Assembly: GCA_044892505.1 (NCBI GenBank) | Contig: CM097883.1 | Coordinates: forward strand, 325,872,001 to 325,936,000 | Direction of reading: 5' to 3' | Length of the DNA stretch: 64,000 bases | Source of the DNA: Schmidtea nova | Lineage: Eukaryota | Made by a program: the position numbers and the translations under genes | The notes under the pieces: generated by a model | The model's input: the letters and a program-made list of their open reading frames with translations, nothing else | Databases searched by the model: none | What the model was told of the DNA's origin: nothing | Shown here: piece by piece, positions 14,374 to 28,943 of the stretch | How positions within the stretch are numbered: position 1 is the first letter of the stretch | Layout: each line of letters opens with the position of its first letter

Positions 14374-16458
14374 AACCGAACCAATAAATAATTTTTTGAA
14401 AATCTTATTAAATACAATTTAAACAAATTTATTCTTATTGTTTTAATTAAATTAAAATAAACCAATAAATTATATAAACATATATTTCTGAAACCGAGAC
14501 AAACATATAACGTTCTTTAAAAGAATTTCTCTGAAAAACATACAGATTTTGATAATTCTCAAATATATCACCCTCGTGTACTTTAGGAACCACTTCTTGG
14601 CTCGACAGTCACGAAAGATTTATTAGAACCTTTACCGTTTTCAATAATTACTTTAAACAAAAAAACTTTATAACTTTTGAAAAATATAACTAGTTTGTCA
14701 AAAGTCAACGTTTCACAACTTTGATTCATCTCAACATTCTACATCAGAGAATAAAATAATAAAATAGTCAAAAAATAGTGAAACATTAAAAAACTTTTAA
14801 AGAATGAGATTATTCGACACCATGAAAGTAAAATATGATTTTTACAATTAATTTAAATTCAAATACCAAAAATATATTACATGTGATAATGAAACTCAAT
14901 TTCGTTTTTAAAGAATTACCTAAAACAACAATAAATTCTACTTTATCTTTCATCGAAACGTCATAGTTGCCCAAAACAAGTACAGTCTCAGACCCGGGTT
15001 ATCGTTATTAAATGGTCCTAGAAAAACACAATGAAATGAAAAATAACATTATACAAACCAATTCAATATATTGGTAACATACCACCTGTTTTGATTATTA
15101 CTTTATTTTGTTGAAAAAAGATAAAATAATGTGAAAATAATTTTATAAAAACAGTACAGCAAAGCTACGCGAAGTTGGAGTGGTGTATGATTATACTGGT
15201 GGACTAGAGTTATAGCGAAACAAAGTTGTCCAGGACAAAGTCAACCGAGTGTGATTGTATTTCATAAACATGGTATTGAAATTAAAACCGCTTGTTGTAA
15301 AGGAATTATTAAATTAGATGTGAACGAATATAATTCTGCTAGATAAAAGAAATACAGCTGACAAACTTTTAGAGAATTTTGTTTGTTACATAAGCTAAAT
15401 GGTTGAACGACATTTGATTGGATAAAATTTAAAATCATCTATACGCTTTGAGTGATATTTTGTCACATTGTCGGCAGAATAATGAACTAAAGTCATATAA
15501 ACCATTATCTAAACTTTTGAATTATCAGCTTTAAAAATATTTAATTTAAAGTCATCATTCTTTATTAATTGTACTAATTTAAAATATCAAACAATAAAAA
15601 TTAAATTAATTTCCAAAGAAATGTCTTTAATTTCTTACTTTACTATTTTGTCTAATTTTTCAGAAATCTTAACACAAGCTATTTTAATATTTCAAGAATT
15701 TGTTTTAATATTACAATGTTTGTAACATTTACAAATTAATTATAAAATAAAAGATTATAAAGTATTGAAAACTTTGTTATTGGCTTTGTTGATGTTTTGG
15801 AAACATCTGTATTTCGTATTATGACTTTCGAAAAATACAAATAAAATTCCCTAACTTTTCAATAGAAAGAATGATAACTGACATCATAGTTGATTAATAA
15901 ATGTTTATAAATAATTGCCACTTAAATTTAGAAATTTATTCAATTGCATGAAAATCTAGTTTTGGGATAAATGTCTAATGATTTGTAAACTAATTGAATA
16001 GTTCTTGACTTATTTATTTACTCACATCGATAGATAATATTTTATTGGTCAAATTTTAAAATAAATTTCACTAATCCTTGTTTTTAAAAATGAAAACTTT
16101 AATTAATGTAAAATCAAGAACATTGTATTTATTTTAATTTTAGTCTTATTTAGAATGGGTGTAACAAATTTATGATTATAGAACTTTTCGTAAATTTTGA
16201 ATTTTCATTTGAACTTTATTTCACTCTACATAAATCTCAATAGACCATGTCGTTGGTTGGCTGAAATAGTTGCTTTTATATTTACATTGCGATTTGCTTT
16301 ACAAAAGCGATTGTATAAATAAAATATTTTTCAAAGTTTTCTAAACAACATAAATAAAATATTTACTATATGTGAGACAAATAAACAAACACTTTTAAAA
16401 TGTCTATAAAACCATCTATAATTAAAATTAGAAAAGTAATTACAGTTTAAGAAAGAAA

Positions 16459-17287
16459 ATGAGAAATTCTGTACTATTTGGTATAATGATAAGTGTCGTT
16501 ATAGCAGTTATCCAGTGTGACGTGACTCCTGACCAACAACAACAATTGATTGATGTTCACAATAAATACCGTCGAGATGTTGCTCAGGGTAAAATCAGTG
16601 GACAACCAGCTGCTGCAAATATGTTGGAATTGGTACGCGATTTCTATCTTATTTCTAAATTCAATAGTTTCTGGCATGTTTAAACAATCATTGATGTTTC
16701 GTTTCAGAAATGGAACGATGAAGCTGCACAAAGAGCTCAAATCTCGGCTGATCGTTGCGTTTTCGAACATGATAAATCGAGAAATCGTAGATTCGGAAGT
16801 TATGATTGGGTTGGTCAAAATATTGCATACTGGTCAAGCGATGATGTGACAGAGTGAGAAATCAAGCAAATGATAGTTTTATTGTTTTCATTTGAATTTT
16901 AGCGGTGTCAAGATGTGGTTCGACGAAGTAAAAGATTACACATTCAATGGAGATAGATGTACCGGATTTACATGCTTACATTACACAGCTGTAATTTATA
17001 ATTCCATTTCCAACTGAAATTTATGGCAATTTTGTTCTAGTTAATCTGGGCTAAAACCAAAGAATTCGGATGTGGCATTGCAGACTGTTCACGACAAAAC
17101 TTAGGAAATATCTTCATCGTATGTAATTACGGACCCGGGTAAAGAATTAGATTTTTCGTTGTCGAATATGACTGAAATGTGTTTTGTTTTCAGTGGAAAT
17201 TGGAACAATGAAGCCCCTTATCAACTTGGTCAAACCTGTTCTAGATGTCCAAATGGAACCCGATGCAACAATGGACTATGCAGTTAA
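16459..17287 (+). CDS. CAP/VAL protein, copy 6 (V180L)
   Basis: Same structure; GTT>CTT at 17225. Confidence 0.95.
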
Positions 17288-19372
17288 AACCGAACCAATA
17301 AATAATTTTTTGAAAATCTTATTAAATACAATTTAAACAAATTTATTCTTATTGTTTTAATTAAATTAAAATAAACCAATAAATTATATAAACATATATT
17401 TCTGAAACCGAGACAAACATATAACGTTCTTTAAAAGAATTTCTCTGAAAAACATACAGATTTTGATAATTCTCAAATATATCACCCTCGTGTACTTTAG
17501 GAACCACTTCTTGGCTCGACAGTCACGAAAGATTTATTAGAACCTTTACCGTTTTCAATAATTACTTTAAACAAAAAAACTTTATAACTTTTGAAAAATA
17601 TAACTAGTTTGTCAAAAGTCAACGTTTCACAACTTTGATTCATCTCAACATTCTACATCAGAGAATAAAATAATAAAATAGTCAAAAAATAGTGAAACAT
17701 TAAAAAACTTTTAAAGAATGAGATTATTCGACACCATGAAAGTAAAATATGATTTTTACAATTAATTTAAATTCAAATACCAAAAATATATTACATGTGA
17801 TAATGAAACTCAATTTCGTTTTTAAAGAATTACCTAAAACAACAATAAATTCTACTTTATCTTTCATCGAAACGTCATAGTTGCCCAAAACAAGTACAGT
17901 CTCAGACCCGGGTTATCGTTATTAAATGGTCCTAGAAAAACACAATGAAATGAAAAATAACATTATACAAACCAATTCAATATATTGGTAACATACCACC
18001 TGTTTTGATTATTACTTTATTTTGTTGAAAAAAGATAAAATAATGTGAAAATAATTTTATAAAAACAGTACAGCAAAGCTACGCGAAGTTGGAGTGGTGT
18101 ATGATTATACTGGTGGACTAGAGTTATAGCGAAACAAAGTTGTCCAGGACAAAGTCAACCGAGTGTGATTGTATTTCATAAACATGGTATTGAAATTAAA
18201 ACCGCTTGTTGTAAAGGAATTATTAAATTAGATGTGAACGAATATAATTCTGCTAGATAAAAGAAATACAGCTGACAAACTTTTAGAGAATTTTGTTTGT
18301 TACATAAGCTAAATGGTTGAACGACATTTGATTGGATAAAATTTAAAATCATCTATACGCTTTGAGTGATATTTTGTCACATTGTCGGCAGAATAATGAA
18401 CTAAAGTCATATAAACCATTATCTAAACTTTTGAATTATCAGCTTTAAAAATATTTAATTTAAAGTCATCATTCTTTATTAATTGTACTAATTTAAAATA
18501 TCAAACAATAAAAATTAAATTAATTTCCAAAGAAATGTCTTTAATTTCTTACTTTACTATTTTGTCTAATTTTTCAGAAATCTTAACACAAGCTATTTTA
18601 ATATTTCAAGAATTTGTTTTAATATTACAATGTTTGTAACATTTACAAATTAATTATAAAATAAAAGATTATAAAGTATTGAAAACTTTGTTATTGGCTT
18701 TGTTGATGTTTTGGAAACATCTGTATTTCGTATTATGACTTTCGAAAAATACAAATAAAATTCCCTAACTTTTCAATAGAAAGAATGATAACTGACATCA
18801 TAGTTGATTAATAAATGTTTATAAATAATTGCCACTTAAATTTAGAAATTTATTCAATTGCATGAAAATCTAGTTTTGGGATAAATGTCTAATGATTTGT
18901 AAACTAATTGAATAGTTCTTGACTTATTTATTTACTCACATCGATAGATAATATTTTATTGGTCAAATTTTAAAATAAATTTCACTAATCCTTGTTTTTA
19001 AAAATGAAAACTTTAATTAATGTAAAATCAAGAACATTGTATTTATTTTAATTTTAGTCTTATTTAGAATGGGTGTAACAAATTTATGATTATAGAACTT
19101 TTCGTAAATTTTGAATTTTCATTTGAACTTTATTTCACTCTACATAAATCTCAATAGACCATGTCGTTGGTTGGCTGAAATAGTTGCTTTTATATTTACA
19201 TTGCGATTTGCTTTACAAAAGCGATTGTATAAATAAAATATTTTTCAAAGTTTTCTAAACAACATAAATAAAATATTTACTATATGTGAGACAAATAAAC
19301 AAACACTTTTAAAATGTCTATAAAACCATCTATAATTAAAATTAGAAAAGTAATTACAGTTTAAGAAAGAAA

Positions 19373-20201
19373 ATGAGAAATTCTGTACTATTTGGTATAA
19401 TGATAAGTGTCGTTATAGCAGTTATCCAGTGTGACGTGACTCCTGACCAACAACAACAATTGATTGATGTTCACAATAAATACCGTCGAGATGTTGCTCA
19501 GGGTAAAATCAGTGGACAACCAGCTGCTGCAAATATGTTGGAATTGGTACGCGATTTCTATCTTATTTCTAAATTCAATAGTTTCTGGCATGTTTAAACA
19601 ATCATTGATGTTTCGTTTCAGAAATGGAACGATGAAGCTGCACAAAGAGCTCAAATCTCGGCTGATCGTTGCGTTTTCGAACATGATAAATCGAGAAATC
19701 GTAGATTCGGAAGTTATGATTGGGTTGGTCAAAATATTGCATACTGGTCAAGCGATGATGTGACAGAGTGAGAAATCAAGCAAATGATAGTTTTATTGTT
19801 TTCATTTGAATTTTAGCGGTGTCAAGATGTGGTTCGACGAAGTAAAAGATTACACATTCAATGGAGATAGATGTACCGGATTTACATGCTTACATTACAC
19901 AGCTGTAATTTATAATTCCATTTCCAACTGAAATTTATGGCAATTTTGTTCTAGTTAATCTGGGCTAAAACCAAAGAATTCGGATGTGGCATTGCAGACT
20001 GTTCACGACAAAACTTAGGAAATATCTTCATCGTATGTAATTACGGACCCGGGTAAAGAATTAGATTTTTCGTTGTCGAATATGACTGAAATGTGTTTTG
20101 TTTTCAGTGGAAATTGGAACAATGAAGCCCCTTATCAACTTGGTCAAACCTGTTCTAGATGTCCAAATGGAACCCGATGCAACAATGGACTATGCAGTTA
20201 A
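19373..20201 (+). CDS. CAP/VAL protein, copy 7 (V180L)
   Basis: Same structure; GTT>CTT at 20139. Confidence 0.95.
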
Positions 20202-22286
20202 AACCGAACCAATAAATAATTTTTTGAAAATCTTATTAAATACAATTTAAACAAATTTATTCTTATTGTTTTAATTAAATTAAAATAAACCAATAAATTA
20301 TATAAACATATATTTCTGAAACCGAGACAAACATATAACGTTCTTTAAAAGAATTTCTCTGAAAAACATACAGATTTTGATAATTCTCAAATATATCACC
20401 CTCGTGTACTTTAGGAACCACTTCTTGGCTCGACAGTCACGAAAGATTTATTAGAACCTTTACCGTTTTCAATAATTACTTTAAACAAAAAAACTTTATA
20501 ACTTTTGAAAAATATAACTAGTTTGTCAAAAGTCAACGTTTCACAACTTTGATTCATCTCAACATTCTACATCAGAGAATAAAATAATAAAATAGTCAAA
20601 AAATAGTGAAACATTAAAAAACTTTTAAAGAATGAGATTATTCGACACCATGAAAGTAAAATATGATTTTTACAATTAATTTAAATTCAAATACCAAAAA
20701 TATATTACATGTGATAATGAAACTCAATTTCGTTTTTAAAGAATTACCTAAAACAACAATAAATTCTACTTTATCTTTCATCGAAACGTCATAGTTGCCC
20801 AAAACAAGTACAGTCTCAGACCCGGGTTATCGTTATTAAATGGTCCTAGAAAAACACAATGAAATGAAAAATAACATTATACAAACCAATTCAATATATT
20901 GGTAACATACCACCTGTTTTGATTATTACTTTATTTTGTTGAAAAAAGATAAAATAATGTGAAAATAATTTTATAAAAACAGTACAGCAAAGCTACGCGA
21001 AGTTGGAGTGGTGTATGATTATACTGGTGGACTAGAGTTAGAGCGAAACAAAGTTGTCCAGGACAAAGTCAACCGAGTGTGATTGTATTTCATAAACATG
21101 GTATTGAAATTAAAACCGCTTGTTGTAAAGGAATTATTAAATTAGATGTGAACGAATATAATTCTGCTAGATAAAAGAAATACAGCTGACAAACTTTGAG
21201 AGAATTTTGTTTGTTACATAAGCTAAATGGTTGAACGACATTTGATTGGATAAAATTTAAAATCATCTATACGCTTTGAGTGATATTTTGTCACATTGTC
21301 GGCAGAATAATGAACTAAAGTCATATAAACCATTATCTAAACTTTTGAATTATCAGCTTTAAAAATATTTAATTTAAAGTCATCATTCTTTATTAATTGT
21401 ACTAATTTAAAATATCAAACAATAAAAATTAAATTAATTTCCAAAGAAATGTCTTTAATTTCTTACTTTACTATTTTGTCTAATTTTTCAGAAATCTTAA
21501 CACAAGCTATTTTAATATTTCAAGAATTTGTTTTAATATTACAATGTTTGTAACATTTACAAATTAATTATAAAATAAAAGATTATAAAGTATTGAAAAC
21601 TTTGTTATTGGCTTTGTTGATGTTTTGGAAACATCTGTATTTCGTATTATGACTTTCGAAAAATACAAATAAAATTCCCTAACTTTTCAATAGAAAGAAT
21701 GATAACTGACATCATAGTTGATTAATAAATGTTTATAAATGATTGCCACTTAAATTTAGAAATTTATTCAATTGCATGAAAATCTAGTTTTGGGATAAAT
21801 GTCTAATGATTTGTAAACTAATTGAATAGTTCTTGACTTATTTATTTACTCACATCGATAGATAATATTTTATTGGTCAAATTTTAAAATAAATTTCACT
21901 AATCCTTGTTTTTAAAAATGAAAACTTTAATTAATGTAAAATCAAGAACATTGTATTTATTTTAATTTTAGTCTTATTTAGAATGGGTGTAACAAATTTA
22001 TGATTATAGAACTTTTCGTAAATTTTGAATTTTCATTTGAACTTTATTTCACTCTACATAAATCTCAATAGACCATGTCGTTGGTTGGCTGAAATAGTTG
22101 CTTTTATATTTACATTGCGATTTGCTTTACATAAGCGATTGTATAAATAAAATATTTTTCAAAGTTTTCTAAACAACATAAATAAAATATTTACTATATG
22201 TGAGACAAATAAACAAACACTTTTAAAATGTCTATAAAACCATCTATAATTAAAATTAGAAAAGTAATTACAGTTTAAGAAAGAAA

Positions 22287-23115
22287 ATGAGAAATTCTGT
22301 ACTATTTGGTATAATGATAAGTGTCGTTATAGCAGTTATCCAGTGTGACGTGACTCCTGACCAACAACAACAATTGATTGATGTTCACAATAAATACCGT
22401 CGAGATGTTGCTCAGGGTAAAATCAGTGGACAACCAGCTGCTGCAAATATGTTGGAATTGGTACGCGATTTCTATCTTATTTCTAAATTCAATAGTTTCT
22501 GGCATGTTTAAACAATCATTGATGTTTCGTTTCAGAAATGGAACGATGAAGCTGCACAAAGAGCTCAAATCTCGGCTGATCGTTGCGTTTTCGAACATGA
22601 TAAATCGAGAAATCGTAGATTCGGAAGTTATGATTGGGTTGGTCAAAATATTGCATACTGGTCAAGCGATGATGTGACAGAGTGAGAAATCAAGCAAATG
22701 ATAGTTTTATTGTTTTCATTTGAATTTTAGCGGTGTCAAGATGTGGTTCGACGAAGTAAAAGATTACACATTCAATGGAGATAGATGTACCGGATTTACA
22801 TGCTTACATTACACAGCTGTAATTTATAATTCCATTTCCAACTGAAATTTATGGCAATTTTGTTCTAGTTAATCTGGGCTAAAACCAAAGAATTCGGATG
22901 TGGCATTGCAGACTGTTCACGACAAAACTTAGGAAATATCTTCATCGTATGTAATTACGGACCCGGGTAAAGAATTAGATTTTTCGTTGTCGAATATGAC
23001 TGAAATGTGTTTTGTTTTCAGTGGAAATTGGAACAATGAAGCCCCTTATCAAGTTGGTCAAACCTGTTCTAGATGTCCAAATGGAACCCGATGCAACAAT
23101 GGACTATGCAGTTAA
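22287..23115 (+). CDS. CAP/VAL protein, copy 8
   Basis: Same 5-exon structure as copy 1. Confidence 0.95.
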
Positions 23116-25200
23116 AACCGAACCAATAAATAATTTTTTGAAAATCTTATTAAATACAATTTAAACAAATTTATTCTTATTGTTTTAATTAAATTAAAAT
23201 AAACCAATAAATTATATAAACATATATTTCTGAAACAGAGACAAACATATAACGTTCTTTAAAAGAATTTCTCTGAAAAACATACAGATTTTGATAATTC
23301 TCAAATATATCACCCTCGTGTACTTTAGGAACCACTTCTTGGCTCGACAGTCACGAAAGATTTATTAGAACCTTTACCGTTTTCAATAATTACTTTAAAC
23401 AAAAAAACTTTATAACTTTTGAAAAATATAACTAGTTTGTCAAAAGTCAACGTTTCACAACTTTGATTCATCTCAACATTCTACATCAGAGAATAAAATA
23501 ATAAAATACTCAAAAAATAGTGAAACATTAAAAAACTTTTAAAGAATGAGATTATTCGACACCATGAAAGTAAAATATGATTTTTACAATTAATTTAAAT
23601 TCAAATACCAAAAATATATTACATGTGATAATGAAACTCAATTTCGTTTTTAAAGAATTACCTAAAACAACAATAAATTCTACTTTATCTTTCATCGAAA
23701 CGTCATAGTTGCCCAAAACAAGTACAGTCTCAGACCCGGGTTATCGTTATTAAATGGTCCTAGAAAAACACAATGAAATGAAAAATAACATTATACAAAC
23801 CAATTCAATATATTGGTAACATACCACCTGTTTTGATTATTACTTTATTTTGTTGAAAAAAGATAAAATAATGTGAAAATAATTTTATAAAAACAGTACA
23901 GCAAAGCTACGCGAAGTTGGAGTGGTGTATGATTATACTGGTGGACTAGAGTTAGAGCGAAACAAAGTTGTCCAGGACAAAGTCAACCGAGTGTGATTGT
24001 ATTTCATAAACATGGTATTGAAATTAAAACCGCTTGTTGTAAAGGAATTATTAAATTAGATGTGAACGAATATAATTCTGCTAGATAAAAGAAATACAGC
24101 TGACAAACTTTTAGAGAATTTTGTTTGTTACATAAGCTAAATGGTTGAACGACATTTGATTGGATAAAATTTAAAATCATCTATACGCTTTGAGTGATAT
24201 TTTGTCACATTGTCGGCAGAATAATGAACTAAAGTCATATAAACCATTATCTAAACTTTTGAATTATCAGCTTTAAAAATATTTAATTTAAAGTCATCAT
24301 TCTTTATTAATTGTACTAATTTAAAATATCAAACAATAAAAATTAAATTAATTTCCAAAGAAATGTCTTTAATTTCTTACTTTACTATTTTGTCTAATTT
24401 TTCAGAAATCTTAACACAAGCTATTTTAATATTTCAAGAATTTGTTTTAATATTACAATGTTTGTAACATTTACAAATAAATTATAAAATAAAAGATTAT
24501 AAAGTATTGAAAACTTTGTTATTGGCTTTGTTGATGTTTTGGAAACATCTGTATTTCGTATTATTACTTTCGAAAAATACAAATAAAATTCCCTAACTTT
24601 TCAATAGAAAGAATGATAACTGACATCATAGTTGATTAATAAATGTTTATAAATGATTGCCACTTAAATTTAGAAATTTATTCAATTGCATGAAAATCTA
24701 GTTTTGGGATAAATGTCTAATGATTTGTAAACTAATTGAATAGTTCTTGACTAATTTATTTACTCACATCGATAGATAATATTTTATTGGTCAAATTTTA
24801 AAATAAATTTCACTAATCCTTGTTTTTAAAAATGAAAACTTTAATTAATGTAAAATCAAGAACATTGTATTTATTTTAATTTTAGTCTTATTTAGAATGG
24901 GTGTAACAAATTTATGATTATAGAACTTTTCGTAAATTTTGAATTTTCATTTGAACTTTATTTCACTCTACATAAATCTCAATAGACCATGTCGTTGGTT
25001 GGCTGAAATAGTTGCTTTTATATTTACATTGCGATTTGCTTTACATAAGCGATTGTATAAATAAAATATTTTTCAAAGTTTTCTAAACAACATAAATAAA
25101 ATATTTACTATATGTGAGACAAATAAACAAACACTTTTAAAATGTCTATAAAACCATCTATAATTAAAATTAGAAAAGTAATTACAGTTTAAGAAAGAAA

Positions 25201-26029
25201 ATGAGAAATTCTGTACTATTTGGTATAATGATAAGTGTCGTTATAGCAGTTATCCAGTGTGACGTGACTCCTGACCAACAACAACAATTGATTGATGTTC
25301 ACAATAAATACCGTCGAGATGTTGCTCAGGGTAAAATCAGTGGACAACCAGCTGCTGCAAATATGTTGGAATTGGTACGCGATTTCTATCTTATTTCTAA
25401 ATTCAATAGTTTCTGGCATGTTTAAACAATCATTGATGTTTCGTTTCAGAAATGGAACGATGAAGCTGCACAAAGAGCTCAAATCTCGGCTGATCGTTGC
25501 GTTTTCGAACATGATAAATCGAGAAATCGTAGATTCGGAAGTTATGATTGGGTTGGTCAAAATATTGCATACTGGTCAAGCGATGATGTGACAGAGTGAG
25601 AAATCAAGCAAATGATAGTTTTATTGTTTTCATTTGAATTTTAGCGGTGTCAAGATGTGGTTCGACGAAGTAAAAGATTACACATTCAATGGAGATAGAT
25701 GTACCGGATTTACATGCTTACATTACACAGCTGTAATTTATAATTCCATTTCCAACTGAAATTTATGGCAATTTTGTTCTAGTTAATCTGGGCTAAAACC
25801 AAAGAATTCGGATGTGGCATTGCAGACTGTTCACGACAAAACTTAGGAAATATCTTCATCGTATGTAATTACGGACCCGGGTAAAGAATTAGATTTTTCG
25901 TTGTCGAATATGACTGAAATGTGTTTTGTTTTCAGTGGAAATTGGAACAATGAAGCCCCTTATCAAGTTGGTCAAACCTGTTCTAGATGTCCAAATGGAA
26001 CCCGATGCAACAATGGACTATGCAGTTAA
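25201..26029 (+). CDS. CAP/VAL protein, copy 9
   Basis: Same 5-exon structure as copy 1. Confidence 0.95.
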
Positions 26030-28114
26030 AACCGAACCAATAAATAATTTTTTGAAAATCTTATTAAATACAATTTAAACAAATTTATTCTTATTGTTTT
26101 AATTAAATTAAAATAAACCAATAAATTATATAAACATATATTTCTGAAACAGAGACAAACATATAACGTTCTTTAAAAGAATTTCTCTGAAAAACATACA
26201 GATTTTGATAATTCTCAAATATATCACCCTCGTGTACTTTAGGAACCACTTCTTGGCTCGACAGTCACGAAAGATTTATTAGAACCTTTACCGTTTTCAA
26301 TAATTACTTTAAACAAAAAAACTTTATAACTTTTGAAAAATATAACTAGTTTGTCAAAAGTCAACGTTTCACAACTTTGATTCATCTCAACATTCTACAT
26401 CAGAGAATAAAATAATAAAATACTCAAAAAATAGTGAAACATTAAAAAACTTTTAAAGAATGAGATTATTCGACACCATGAAAGTAAAATATGATTTTTA
26501 CAATTAATTTAAATTCAAATACCAAAAATATATTACATGTGATAATGAAACTCAATTTCGTTTTTAAAGAATTACCTAAAACAACAATAAATTCTACTTT
26601 ATCTTTCATCGAAACGTCATAGTTGCCCAAAACAAGTACAGTCTCAGACCCGGGTTATCGTTATTAAATGGTCCTAGAAAAACACAATGAAATGAAAAAT
26701 AACATTATACAAACCAATTCAATATATTGGTAACATACCACCTGTTTTGATTATTACTTTATTTTGTTGAAAAAAGATAAAATAATGTGAAAATAATTTT
26801 ATAAAAACAGTACAGCAAAGCTACGCGAAGTTGGAGTGGTGTATGATTATACTGGTGGACTAGAGTTAGAGCGAAACAAAGTTGTCCAGGACAAAGTCAA
26901 CCGAGTGTGATTGTATTTCATAAACATGGTATTGAAATTAAAACCGCTTGTTGTAAAGGAATTATTAAATTAGATGTGAACGAATATAATTCTGCTAGAT
27001 AAAAGAAATACAGCTGACAAACTTTTAGAGAATTTTGTTTGTTACATAAGCTAAATGGTTGAACGACATTTGATTGGATAAAATTTAAAATCATCTATAC
27101 GCTTTGAGTGATATTTTGTCACATTGTCGGCAGAATAATGAACTAAAGTCATATAAACCATTATCTAAACTTTTGAATTATCAGCTTTAAAAATATTTAA
27201 TTTAAAGTCATCATTCTTTATTAATTGTACTAATTTAAAATATCAAACAATAAAAATTAAATTAATTTCCAAAGAAATGTCTTTAATTTCTTACTTTACT
27301 ATTTTGTCTAATTTTTCAGAAATCTTAACACAAGCTATTTTAATATTTCAAGAATTTGTTTTAATATTACAATGTTTGTAACATTTACAAATAAATTATA
27401 AAATAAAAGATTATAAAGTATTGAAAACTTTGTTATTGGCTTTGTTGATGTTTTGGAAACATCTGTATTTCGTATTATTACTTTCGAAAAATACAAATAA
27501 AATTCCCTAACTTTTCAATAGAAAGAATGATAACTGACATCATAGTTGATTAATAAATGTTTATAAATGATTGCCACTTAAATTTAGAAATTTATTCAAT
27601 TGCATGAAAATCTAGTTTTGGGATAAATGTCTAATGATTTGTAAACTAATTGAATAGTTCTTGACTAATTTATTTACTCACATCGATAGATAATATTTTA
27701 TTGGTCAAATTTTAAAATAAATTTCACTAATCCTTGTTTTTAAAAATGAAAACTTTAATTAATGTAAAATCAAGAACATTGTATTTATTTTAATTTTAGT
27801 CTTATTTAGAATGGGTGTAACAAATTTATGATTATAGAACTTTTCGTAAATTTTGAATTTTCATTTGAACTTTATTTCACTCTACATAAATCTCAATAGA
27901 CCATGTCGTTGGTTGGCTGAAATAGTTGCTTTTATATTTACATTGCGATTTGCTTTACATAAGCGATTGTATAAATAAAATATTTTTCAAAGTTTTCTAA
28001 ACAACATAAATAAAATATTTACTATATGTGAGACAAATAAACAAACACTTTTAAAATGTCTATAAAACCATCTATAATTAAAATTAGAAAAGTAATTACA
28101 GTTTAAGAAAGAAA

Positions 28115-28943
28115 ATGAGAAATTCTGTACTATTTGGTATAATGATAAGTGTCGTTATAGCAGTTATCCAGTGTGACGTGACTCCTGACCAACAACAACA
28201 ATTGATTGATGTTCACAATAAATACCGTCGAGATGTTGCTCAGGGTAAAATCAGTGGACAACCAGCTGCTGCAAATATGTTGGAATTGGTACGCGATTTC
28301 TATCTTATTTCTAAATTCAATAGTTTCTGGCATGTTTAAACAATCATTGATGTTTCGTTTCAGAAATGGAACGATGAAGCTGCACAAAGAGCTCAAATCT
28401 CGGCTGATCGTTGCGTTTTCGAACATGATAAATCGAGAAATCGTAGATTCGGAAGTTATGATTGGGTTGGTCAAAATATTGCATACTGGTCAAGCGATGA
28501 TGTGACAGAGTGAGAAATCAAGCAAATGATAGTTTTATTGTTTTCATTTGAATTTTAGCGGTGTCAAGATGTGGTTCGACGAAGTAAAAGATTACACATT
28601 CAATGGAGATAGATGTACCGGATTTACATGCTTACATTACACAGCTGTAATTTATAATTCCATTTCCAACTGAAATTTATGGCAATTTTGTTCTAGTTAA
28701 TCTGGGCTAAAACCAAAGAATTCGGATGTGGCATTGCAGACTGTTCACGACAAAACTTAGGAAATATCTTCATCGTATGTAATTACGGACCCGGGTAAAG
28801 AATTAGATTTTTCGTTGTCGAATATGACTGAAATGTGTTTTGTTTTCAGTGGAAATTGGAACAATGAAGCCCCTTATCAAGTTGGTCAAACCTGTTCTAG
28901 ATGTCCAAATGGAACCCGATGCAACAATGGACTATGCAGTTAA
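28115..28943 (+). CDS. CAP/VAL protein, copy 10
   Basis: Same 5-exon structure as copy 1. Confidence 0.95.
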